A stretch of DNA of 64,000 bases from Adineta vaga (taxonomy: Eukaryota > Animalia > Rotifera), in assembly GCA_021613535.1 (NCBI GenBank), contig CP075492.1, positions 6,820,001-6,884,000 of the forward strand. The letters are read 5' to 3'. This document shows positions 1 through 9,824 of the stretch, piece by piece. Under the pieces are notes generated by a model, which was not told where the DNA came from, made no database searches, and saw nothing but the letters and a program-made list of their open reading frames with translations. Each line of letters begins with the position of its first letter. Position 1 is the stretch's first letter. Made by a program: the position numbers and the translations under genes.

Positions 1-3000
1 ACATTTCAAAACTACACATCCAATGCCTTCACCACGCACAATTCCATTCGCTTTTGAATCAAAAGTCGCACAACGACTATCAACTGAAAGCATTTCTGCG
101 GCACACGTAATTAAATAAGGCTCTGGATGCAAAATTATATTTACTCCACCGGCTAAAGCAACTGAACATTTTTTATTCCTGAGTTTTTCAATTGCGAGAT
201 CAACAGCAACTAATGAAGAAGAACAAGCCGTGTCGACCGTCATACTAGCTCCATGAAGACCCAATGCAAACGAAATTCTATTTGCCGTTATTGATGGAGA
301 ATTGCCTGTTCCTGCGTAAGAATGTGGACTGTCTGTTACTAACATCCAATCATAATTCATTTGGCCTATAAAAACTCCAGTATTCGAATCTTTTAGTGCT
401 GATTTATCTAAGCCAGCGTTTAAAAAAGCTTCATATGCTACTTCAAGAATAAGCCTCTGTTGAGGATCCATCGTTCTAGCTTCAGCTAGAGGAATATTGA
501 AAAAGTCGTTATCGAACCACTCGACATCGTTTATGAAAGCGCCTTTTTTAGTGTAACTTTTGCCAATCGTCTTTGGATTAGGACTATAAATTTCATTAAT
601 ATCGAATCTTGATGAAGGAACTTCCGTAACACAATTCCGTTTTTCCATGAGCATTGTCCAAAACTCTTCTGCACTAGAAACTCCTCCAGGCAATCTACAG
701 GCCATACCAATGACAGCAATTGAAACATTGTGAGAAATACTTCTTTCACGTGGTTCTGAAGAAAAGTTTTGCCTTTTTCGTAATGAATCAATCGGATGAC
801 CAGTTATCATCTCTGCTATCTGTTTAACTGTCGGATGATTGAACACCAAAGTATATGGTAATTTTTTGTTAATCTCATCAGATAAGTTTTTGCTGAACCT
901 TATTGCAGTAAGTGAAGTCATGCCAAATTCTATGAGACTAGTTGTTGTTTTTAATGACTGTTGAGAATCATTCAGAAGCTCTTGAGCAATCCGAAGGATT
1001 TTAATTTCGAGCTCGTTTCTTTGTAAAGACTCAGTTTTCGTTGAAATTGGAACTTGATTAGGCACAAGTGTAGCTAATATAACGCGATCGATTTTACCGT
1101 TACTATTAAGCGGCATCGAATTTAAGACTATCCACGTTCGAGTCCACATGTAATCAGGCAGACATGAAACTATTCTATCGATAAGTTCTTGTTTCACTTG
1201 ATCCTCGGGTATTCCATCATCAACCTCGACAAAGCCGATAAGTCGCTGCACCGATCCTGGAACAAAGATAACCGCAACCTTTTTAACACAGTTAACTTGT
1301 TCGGCACAATTTTCAATTTCTGTTAATTCAACTCGATAGCCTCCTATTTTTATTTGAGCATCTCGACGGCGCCCAACTATTTGAATTTCACCATTCGACA
1401 AGTAATAGCCTACATCACCCGTGTTATATAAACGGCCGAGAACTCGATGATTAATAAATTTCTCGCTTGTTTTTTCCGAATTTCGAAAGTATCCACGCGC
1501 TAAACCAATTCCTCCAATATAAATTTCGCCTAAAACATTTGCAGGTCGATAAAGTCCACGTTCATCAAGTATATGCATAGTTTGATTTGATAATGGAACA
1601 CCGTAGGGCACTAAATATCCTTTCGGAGATTTGCACGGAAATATTTCATGGATATTCGACCAAATCGATGCTTCTGTTGCGCCACCTAGACATAAGATAC
1701 GAACAGTTGGATGCACTTGTTTCACTAAACGCACAAAATCCATTTTGATAGCGTCCCCGCTGAGCATAATAGATTTGAGAAATTGTACACTTCCGCTTTC
1801 ATTATTTACTGGAATAGTCTCTATTAGCATTTCAAAACTAGTCGGCACACTATTCCAAATAGTGATTTGATGTTTTTGTAGTTGTGACCACCAGTATTCT
1901 GGATCTCGAGTTGCATCTGATTTACAGATTACAACTTTACCACCAACACTTAGTATTCCAAAAATATCCCATACTGATAAATCGAAACTAAGAGAAGAAA
2001 TCGAGAAGACCGAATCATTAGCGCTGAGTCCTAAACGTTCGTTGATATCCAGACAAGTGTTCATTGCACCACGATGAGTTATTTCTACTCCTTTAGGAGT
2101 TCCTTCAGTTCCCGATGTAAATATGATATAAGCCAAACTATCCGGATCAACATGAATTAATTTAGTTTCAGTATCTTTTACGTCTTCTAATGATGCAATG
2201 GAAATTTGGATTATGATTTGATCTTCGGAGGACTTCCAGTTGCGCCCGGTGTTCATCACTTTACTGTGAGATAAAACGACGGGGGTTTCAGCTAATTTTA
2301 GGATAGTTGAAATCCGTAAGTCCGGATCGCTAGGATTTATCGGTAAATATGCAGCTCCTGCTCTTAAAATCCCCAAAATAGCTACTATTTGTTCCCATCC
2401 CTTTTCCATTACAACACCTACTAAGTCGCCTTGTTTAACATTATTTTTTTTCAGAACAGCCATTGCAGCTGAAACCATTTGATCTAGTTTTTTATAAGTG
2501 AATTGAACTTCTTGATCAATGACTGCAATATTTTCGGAGAACTGAACAGCGCTAGTTTCGAAACGTGTATGAAGAAGAAGATTATTGCCAAAATCTCTTT
2601 TGGTAGCATTGATTTCAAATCTTAAATTTTGGACGGATGCAGGAAGAGCTACTTCGATAGTTTCTTTCGGCCATGTGTCCTGAGATAAACTCTCGAGTAG
2701 CAATCGATAAGCTTCCATCATCTCTTTAATTAATACCGGACTGTAAAACATACTATCATAATCCCAATTAATTCGTAGTTCTTTTCCATCATTCGGTCCG
2801 ATTTCATAAACTTGATGATCAAGCCAAACTTGAGGAGTCATTGTTTGTTGGTATACAAGACATGGTACCAATCCATTAATATCAATGAATGGCATTACAT
2901 CGATTCCGAGTAATGATGTAAAAACAATAGGCAATATAAATGATGGGTTTGACATTTTTTCTCGGAGAAGTCGCATCACTTTGAGGCCACTCATATCCTT

Positions 3001-4218
3001 GTGGTTAAGAGCATTGGCCATGTCGGTATGAACTTTCTTTACCTTATCCTGAAAGTTTGAGCATTCAAGGATACTGAGTAGTAACACATTTGTAAAATCT
3101 CCAACTACCTCTGAAAAATTCTTTCCTCCGACATGTCGGTTTGTGATTGTGATGGTTAGAGTGAAGTTAGGCTCATCGGAATATGTTCTCAAAACTTCCG
3201 AAAATGCAGTAAGTATTAATGCGGTAGGTGTGATCTGAAGCTCTTGAGCTCTCATTTTCAAAGCTCGCCATTTCGTTGAATCCAAAGCCAAGCTTATTCG
3301 TTCAAAAGATGGCTCCAAAACAGTTTTCTCAAATTGAACTCGTGGAAGCTGTGGTGGTCCGGGCATGGAATCGAGGCGGTCGTGCCAGTATTTGCGTGAC
3401 GCAGCTGATTCTGATGATGATTGAATGTTAGTGCAATATTCGAAAAATGACAAACCATTATCATCAACAGATTTAATAAAACTTCCATTCTGAATATTAT
3501 TGTAAGCGTAAACTAAATCTCGGATAACGAGAAACGAACTTGCTGCATCCAAAAATATCATGTCTAGAAGAACATGTAGGCGAGTTTTGCCTTCGGGTAA
3601 AATAGTTGCTTCTATTTTCCAGAAACAGTTTGGTTCTTTCTTAAAAGAATTCATACATTCGAAACGACGCTTTTCCAAATTTATTTCAGATCGCTCGACA
3701 CGAATGCCTGAGAAAGAAACATTAAATTCTTCTACGTCACGGATTTCTTGATATTGGTCATCAACAATATGAGCTCTTAACATCGGATGCTTCTCGATCA
3801 CATAATGTATGGCTTGGTTGAACGCAGGAATATCGATTTGATCAAAATCGAATTCACTATAGACTTGACAGGGTAAAAAGCGATCCGATTCAAAACGTCC
3901 AATATAATAAGATTCTTGCATTTCCAAAAATTTTAATTGTTTGGTTTCGATTGTTTTCTTTTCATAAGCCACAGATTCTGTTCCGTTATTTTGCCATAAA
4001 TCGGAAATATTTTGGAGAGTCAAATTGTACAACTCTAAAAGTGAGGGTGAAGAATCGAGCAGGTTCTGCAGAATGGATATTTGAAGCGAGTCGATACCAA
4101 AATCAACAAGCTTTGTATTAAAACTGCCAAGAATTTCTTCTCGGCTTATTTTAAGTATTTCGGTAAGTTTATTGACAAGAACTGAGTTACCAGTTTGAGT
4201 CTTTTTTGAAGTGTTCAT
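1..4218 (-). CDS. Hybrid NRPS-PKS, T-Cy(heterocyclisation)-A(Cys)-T-KS, 3'-partial (continues beyond position 1)
   Basis: Manual translation from ATG 4218; the frame was spot-checked as identical at 4081, 3541, 2821, 901 and 1 (1406 codons). Motifs: carrier DFGIDSL (~4090); Cy FLEMQESYYIGR, KHPMLRA, DMIFLDAAS (DxxxxDxxS, ~3550), TPQVWLDHQ (~2825); A-domain YIIFTSGTEGTPKG, FDLSVWD, IWNSVP, LSGD, GGATEASIWS, LYNTGD, NGKIDR; second carrier EFGMTSL (~920); KS IAVIGMACRLPGG, MDPQQR, DTACSSSL (~225), RGEG. Confidence 0.95.
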   Translation of the reverse strand, partial: MNTSKKTQTGNSVLVNKLTEILKISREEILGSFNTKLVDFGIDSLQISILQNLLDSSPSLLELYNLTLQNISDLWQNNGTESVAYEKKTIETKQLKFLEMQESYYIGRFESDRFLPCQVYSEFDFDQIDIPAFNQAIHYVIEKHPMLRAHIVDDQYQEIRDVEEFNVSFSGIRVERSEINLEKRRFECMNSFKKEPNCFWKIEATILPEGKTRLHVLLDMIFLDAASSFLVIRDLVYAYNNIQNGSFIKSVDDNGLSFFEYCTNIQSSSESAASRKYWHDRLDSMPGPPQLPRVQFEKTVLEPSFERISLALDSTKWRALKMRAQELQITPTALILTAFSEVLRTYSDEPNFTLTITITNRHVGGKNFSEVVGDFTNVLLLSILECSNFQDKVKKVHTDMANALNHKDMSGLKVMRLLREKMSNPSFILPIVFTSLLGIDVMPFIDINGLVPCLVYQQTMTPQVWLDHQVYEIGPNDGKELRINWDYDSMFYSPVLIKEMMEAYRLLLESLSQDTWPKETIEVALPASVQNLRFEINATKRDFGNNLLLHTRFETSAVQFSENIAVIDQEVQFTYKKLDQMVSAAMAVLKKNNVKQGDLVGVVMEKGWEQIVAILGILRAGAAYLPINPSDPDLRISTILKLAETPVVLSHSKVMNTGRNWKSSEDQIIIQISIASLEDVKDTETKLIHVDPDSLAYIIFTSGTEGTPKGVEITHRGAMNTCLDINERLGLSANDSVFSISSLSFDLSVWDIFGILSVGGKVVICKSDATRDPEYWWSQLQKHQITIWNSVPTSFEMLIETIPVNNESGSVQFLKSIMLSGDAIKMDFVRLVKQVHPTVRILCLGGATEASIWSNIHEIFPCKSPKGYLVPYGVPLSNQTMHILDERGLYRPANVLGEIYIGGIGLARGYFRNSEKTSEKFINHRVLGRLYNTGDVGYYLSNGEIQIVGRRRDAQIKIGGYRVELTEIENCAEQVNCVKKVAVIFVPGSVQRLIGFVEVDDGIPEDQVKQELIDRIVSCLPDYMWTRTWIVLNSMPLNSNGKIDRVILATLVPNQVPISTKTESLQRNELEIKILRIAQELLNDSQQSLKTTTSLIEFGMTSLTAIRFSKNLSDEINKKLPYTLVFNHPTVKQIAEMITGHPIDSLRKRQNFSSEPRERSISHNVSIAVIGMACRLPGGVSSAEEFWTMLMEKRNCVTEVPSSRFDINEIYSPNPKTIGKSYTKKGAFINDVEWFDNDFFNIPLAEARTMDPQQRLILEVAYEAFLNAGLDKSALKDSNTGVFIGQMNYDWMLVTDSPHSYAGTGNSPSITANRISFALGLHGASMTVDTACSSSLVAVDLAIEKLRNKKCSVALAGGVNIILHPEPYLITCAAEMLSVDSRCATFDSKANGIVRGEGIGCVVLKC

Positions 4219-4527
4219 TTACAAAAATATTGTTACAATAAATTCAATTCTAGAAAATAAAAAGATTAATGTAAGATAATTATATTCTTGCAATACATTC
4301 GCTACAGTATGACTTAAAGATCCAAGAATACCCCTGTATAATGTTCTTTGAGGATCCAGCAGTTTGGGGATTTCCTTTGAAAGAAACTTCAGAGAATACC
4401 AATTAGAAAAACAAGCAGACAGTGATGAACCCAAAGGGAGGATTATGGTGATGGAGCCCCCTCCCCCCCAAATTAAAATATCATACTATTCGACAGAAGG
4501 AAACGACCAACCAAATAAAATTTCTGA

Positions 4528-5026
4528 TATATAGTATGAACAATAGAACTGAATTTAATGTTGAATAGATATATACGTATATCTATGAATAGTTTAATTT
4601 GACAGGAATTTTTGATCTTAATCGATCATTTTCAACTATAACACACCCTTTACAAATAGATAGAATCCATAACATGAGTAAAAGTAAGTAGATAGATCGG
4701 GATTAACATCAAGAATACCGGGTATTGGAGACAAAATTCAATTTTAAAGCCAATGGTCCTGAGTATTGATATTAAAGTTTGGTATTGATGTCGAGGTCAA
4801 GTTAAACAATAAAAACAAACAGAAATATTAAAAAATGCAGTTTTTCAACATCTAACTTCATTTCTTATTTCGCTATTAACATCTTTCTGCGTTGTAAAGA
4901 TCGTGCTGTAGTTGGAAATGATCGACTAAGATCAAAAACTCCTGTCAAATAAAGTATTCGTACATATATATATATACGTATATATCGATTCAACATCAAA
5001 TATAGTTCTATTGTTCATACAATATA
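4528..5026. mobile_element. Foldback/MITE-like element with ~115-bp imperfect terminal inverted repeats
   Basis: 4528-4642 (atagtatgaacaatagaact...ttgacaggaatttttgatcttaatcgatcattttcaactata) is the imperfect reverse complement of 4906-5026 (tgtagttggaaatgatcgactaagatcaaaaactcctgtcaa...agttctattgttcatacaata). No ORF. Confidence 0.7.
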
Positions 5027-5924
5027 CAGTAAAACCTCTCTAATGTGAACACCGTCGAGATCAACCACAAGTGTTCAGTATAACAGAGTGTTCGTAAAGG
5101 AGGGGTAAATAGAAAAATAGATCAGAACATCATTTTGGTGATTTAATCACAACTTTAAAGTGAATTAATTTAGTTTATTCAATTAAATAAACATTCATAT
5201 AATACTCTGAAAATAAATAAGGAGTTTTCCAGAACCTTTTTAGGGGTTCAGCCCGCTGGTAAAATTCAGAACCCTCCGGTATGACTAGTAGAACCCTTCG
5301 TGGTTTAGAATTATATGGCAGAACCTTTTGTAGTTCAGAATTGCTGCCCGAAACCGTTGTTGGTTCGTCATATGACAGACAGAACGTTTTCTGGTTCTGT
5401 GAATGGTGCAGAACCATAAAAGGTTTTGGAAGACTCCTTTTTTTCTTTCAGAGTAGATTCGTAACAGAAAAAGTAAAGTACTTAGTTACTTGGACGAGCT
5501 ATTAGGTCGAAAAAAATCCAAAATATACTTCTGTTTAGAATTGTTTATTCACGATAAGTTAAATTAAACCAGCTTCGTTTTGTTTAATCACATAAAATTT
5601 ATCTTCCAACGTAAGATCATTAGGAGTAGTCATGATTGAAACGACTAAATAAATTACACCGTAGTTATTACAAGTGTGTTTGTTTTATCATTGTTTTCTT
5701 CTCTTTCTCTCTTTATGTATATTAATTAAGTCAAGCTATACATCCAATAGGCTTTTCAATGCATGCCTCTTTCAGCCCAATCATACAACTTTATATGACG
5801 CCGCCCTCTACATATGTTCATATCAGCCAGGTCAACGTGTACAAATATGACTAAAAAAAGTTTTCACATTCGGAATTAACGGGTGTTCGTAAAGGAGGCG
5901 TGTTCATAAAGTGGGGTTCTACTG
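5027..5924. mobile_element. pogo/Tigger-like non-autonomous DNA transposon
   Basis: Left end TA|CAGTAAAACCTC and right end GGGGTTCTACTG match the CAGTnnAACC TIR type. The subterminal motif gtgttcgtaaaggagg occurs near both ends (~5088 and ~5883). Confidence 0.65.
5203..5455. mobile_element. Nested MITE (EnSpm/CMC-like) with AGAACC subrepeats
   Basis: TIR pair tactctgaaaataaataaggagttttccagaacctttt / aaaaggttttggaagactccttttttt ctttcagagta; several internal agaacc/ggttct motifs. Family assignment is tentative. Confidence 0.65.
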
Positions 5925-5927
5925 CAT

Positions 5928-6204
5928 CCCAGAACGACGGTTCCTGGGAGCGGTATTCCGGTTATTTTCGATGAAAACCTGCAGCATATCTATGTTTTCC
6001 GTGTTGGACACCATGGGAAAGTGCCTGTAATCCTGCTGAGGGAATCGGTGATCGTATCCGACTGTTGGTTACGGTAGGTTCTTGTCGGTTTCCAATAAAA
6101 CCGGGTGAATCCGATGATAGGATTTGGTCACCCGAATACGGCTTCCATGAAATCTCGGGAAGGTCACGAAACTGCACGGTTCCGGACCTAATAGTTTGAC
6201 TGGG
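5928..6204. mobile_element. GC-rich MITE with CCCAG...CTGGG termini
   Basis: at|CCCAG...CTGGG|at; GC content is higher than the flanks, with repeated ccgg/cgga motifs. A related fragment ending ctggg lies at ~8500-8639. Confidence 0.55.
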
Positions 6205-6775
6205 ATATTTGACATTAAAATTTCATGTATTATAATACTATGTTACGCTAAACTTTCTGAATTCTCATCAAAATTAACAAAAATCCCGAAATTAGTGTGT
6301 AATTACCAAAAATACAGCTTATTTATCAATTAGTGTCTAGTTTGTCTCTCTCTGCTCTCATACGTAGAGCTGCATACTTAGTATCACAATGAGAAATTTT
6401 AGAATTTTCCTCGAAATTACTGAAAATTGTTACCTGCGGTATTCTGATTGGACTCTATGGTCTTTTTGAATTCTTTCTGAATTCAAAATCACAAGAGACC
6501 ATGATTTTTTTCACAGAACCCTGAGTATACGGGTCTAAAGCTAACAATTGATTTTATTTAGTAAATGACAGTCCCTCTTATATACCAAAGTGGTGCTACT
6601 CACCATTGCTCCTATTATTTTTCATGATCCAAATAATTTCATTTGACCCTGACCAGACATAATTCTAGTACTATATTCATTGAGTCACTTTATTGATGAT
6701 TAATGATAAAAATGTATATACTCAATTGGGTATTTTCATCGAAATTCAATTCTGATCTTTCAACTAGTATGTATA

Positions 6776-7508
6776 CCCACGAAAATATTTTTTAGCAAAA
6801 CCGCTGATATCACCGGTTTTTATACAGCACACCACGGTGTGATTTTAATAGCCGCCGTTAGTGGCGGTTTTTAGGCCAGCGGTAAAAGCAAATCGCGATG
6901 TACCAACTACTGACCGCGGTTTCATATTCCGCGGTGTGGAAGTCAATAACCGCGGTTTTCTTGTACTGCGATTATTATTGGTTTAATACATCACTGTGCG
7001 GATGCCAATAACCACGTTTTGGATAAAACCGCGATGTACTAGTTTATGAACGCGGTATATCAATCAAAAACCGAATATGTAATGCCTCAGAGGGTGTCGT
7101 GCCTTGTTTTTTCGTAACTTTTTCCACAAATTTTCTTGTGTGACTCAGTCATTGAAAATGACACAGTAGTCTAATGGGACTTGTAGAAGTTCCTACATCG
7201 CCCCTCGAACGGCGACTCCTCTTGGAGGCGGGTGGCTGGGTCGCCATAACCGGATTTTACGTGGATCTGGTTGATTATGGAAAGTGATGTTGTGAGGCGG
7301 TATTTCAAAATGCGGTTTTTGACGGTTTTCTTGAGCAGTGGTAATCAGACCATTAATAAGGTGTGAAAAACCGCAGAACACCGCGATTTGAGACGATATT
7401 CGACACCTTCATTAACGGTCTGACTTCCGCGGTGAGAAAAAACCGTCGTTGACCGCGGTCTGAAAAACCGCCGAATAGCAGCGGTTTTTTGCCTTTTTTT
7501 CTCATGGG
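6776..7508. mobile_element. GC-rich MITE with CCCA...TGGG termini and CCGCGG subrepeats
   Basis: Left cccacgaaaa...gcaaaaccgctg pairs with right cagcggttttttgc...ttttctcatggg; many internal ccgcg/cgcggt motifs; no credible ORF. Confidence 0.6.
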
Positions 7509-7757
7509 TGGTGGGTGCCATTATGGAAGGTGCTGTTCGGTTAGATCTCTAAGCTCCGCAATATATGTACAGATGAGATCCGATTTTTTTTCAAAATTCA
7601 ATTTGAAATTTAAAAGAATATAGACTCAGGTCGAAAGACTCGAAGACCCAAACAATTTGAGTTTGGTGCATGCCTATGGATATCAAATAGAGATTGGCAA
7701 CATAATTAGCAATTTAAGTGAAAACGATTTCCATGCATGTGTTTCATTCGTAGCTAC

Positions 7758-8992
7758 ACCTATTCTAGTTTATTCTCATTCGGTTTTATGATTGAGTTTC
7801 TCTAAACAGAGACTTACTTGTGATTGACGGTCGATGAAAATGAATGCTTTATTATTTCGAAACAAGTTGCTTTTATAGTTCGAAAAAAAAGAGTCTCATC
7901 TTGATGAAACTGGAAAGTAGAAGTAAATATTGACTCACTTCTGATCCATCACATGATGGGAAAGATGAAGTAGACATACACACTTAAATGCGAAAGAGCT
8001 CGGGAAAAAATAAATTCCCTAGAACGAAACTCGTCATTGTTTCAACAAAGAATGACTAATAAGTGCAAAATTCGATGTGATGATTTTGGAGTATTTCTGA
8101 TTCGCACACAAAACTGAGCTGCAGTAAAAACCGTTTTCAGGGTATAGGTGAGGGTGCAGATGCGATTATGGAGGTGACTGTAGGTAGCAAAAGCACATAC
8201 TCGCGCTCACACATACCCTTTCAGTCGAACCCAACTTAGAAGCACACTCACTCTCAATTTGGTAGGATTCGTAATATTACTGGCTTCTTACAGTATAATT
8301 AGTCTGCATTAGATACACATCGAATTTAATTAGCAAAAATATATATGGGATTCAATAGTATGTAGAGAAATGAGCATGGGAATCGTTTAGTTGTAGAAAA
8401 AATTCGGTCGTACATCGAGGAATCAGCTCGAAATATAACGAATACGTTCGACTGCATGAAGAAAGTATCGAATAATGCTACGATAAAATAGCGTTATCCG
8501 ACTGAAAGTGGTCCTTTGTGTAGGATCGAGACGTTTTCCGAAGTTTTACGATGACCGCATCTGGTCAGTTTTCATCATGTCATTGAAGTGGATCCGATGA
8601 TTTCTTGTCGGATCTAATAGTCGAAATGAATCACCTGGGTGTATGCGAATCAGAAATACTCCAAAATCATCACATCGAATTTTGCACTTATTAGTCATTC
8701 TTTGTTGAAACAATGACGAGTTTCGTTCTAGGGAATTTATTTTTTCCCGAGCTCTTTCGCATTTAAGTGTGTATGTCTACTTCATCTTTCCCATCATGTG
8801 ATGGATCAGAAGTGAGTCAATATTTACTTCTACTTTCCAGTTTCATCAAGATGAGACTCTTTTTTTTCGAACTATAAAAGCAACTTGTTTCGAAATAATA
8901 AAGCATTCATTTTCATCGACCGTCAATCACAAGTAAGTCTCTGTTTAGAGAAACTCAATCATAAAACCGAATGAGAATAAACTAGAATAGGT
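7758..8992. repeat. 353-bp near-perfect inverted repeat (7758-8110 / 8640-8992) with 529-bp spacer
   Basis: By eye the arms are reverse complements with one mismatch (8107/8643); no target-site duplication is visible. Confidence 0.92.
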
Positions 8993-9824
8993 CAACGTGC
9001 GCGTGAGGATGTGGTTTATGATTCCTTTACATCTTCGTGGATCCATCATGGGCACGTCATCAATCCTTTGAAGCATACAACGGAATAGTGTTCGAGCGCG
9101 ATCACAATTATTACTGACGAAGCAAAAGAATGATTTATTAATATCTATTATTATTGTTTTTGCCGCACATGATTTAGATGAAGATAAAAAAACGGTTAAA
9201 TGGGTTTTTTCTGTTTTATGATTATTATCCAAGTCATTGTGAGTCATACTCTTTCGCAGAAATGAGTAATCCTATTTTTTGAAAGTTAGAATCAATATCA
9301 ATAGATGTGTAGGGCAACTGCTAGTGGTTCATGTTCACAATAGTGTGGCCCGGATTTTTGACCAATAGGCAAACTTTGCTAGTGTAGAAAAAAACCATTC
9401 TATGAAATGGGCAAGGTTTTCTTTGATAGGCCAAGCATTTTTTTCTACCTCAGCGAAGATGAAGAAAGAGGAAAAACGAAAAAAAAATATACAATTGAAC
9501 ACTTAAAGTTTTGTTGTTCTCTTTTCCTCTATCAACTCTTCGCGAAAAGAAGTTAGAAAAATGCATCTGTGATTCAGATCGAAAGAAAAGATATTAAATA
9601 ATCCAAAATGGATATAAAACTTTCGAAAGCGTCCTATTTCGATGAGGAAGACTTACTATTATGAAACTACAGTGAGTAGATCTCCAATCGAAATTAGCAT
9701 TTGCCAACTTATCCCCCTCTCATGGGTACGTCATTTCATGTTTATTTCCCTAAAGAATGCAGAGAGTAACTGATTATTACAGATGGTCAATTGGGAAGAA
9801 AACAGAAAGATATTCACAAAGGTA

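Noticed and set aside
531-3751. Short ORFs in the track (531-791, 1631-1870, 3294-3488, 3560-3751)
   Set aside because: Off-frame or antisense shadows of the NRPS-PKS frame.
1-4218. NRPS-PKS as bacterial contamination
   Set aside because: Flanked by eukaryotic MITEs, AT-rich, with an acceptor-like site and no operon partner upstream; not fully excluded without read data.
5175-7381. ORFs inside the MITE cluster as possible transposases
   Set aside because: At most 80 aa, with no DDE or HTH motifs.
6800-7490. Recurring ccgcgg motifs as a CRISPR array or structured RNA gene
   Set aside because: Motifs are short and irregularly spaced inside a TIR-bounded element; eukaryotic context with no cas genes.
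7503-8160. tgggtggtgggtg and tgaggg as telomeric repeat remnants
   Set aside because: Only one or two degenerate units; compatible with chance.
9373-9458. Short imperfect inverted repeat
   Set aside because: About 20 bp with mismatches and A/T runs; too weak to call.
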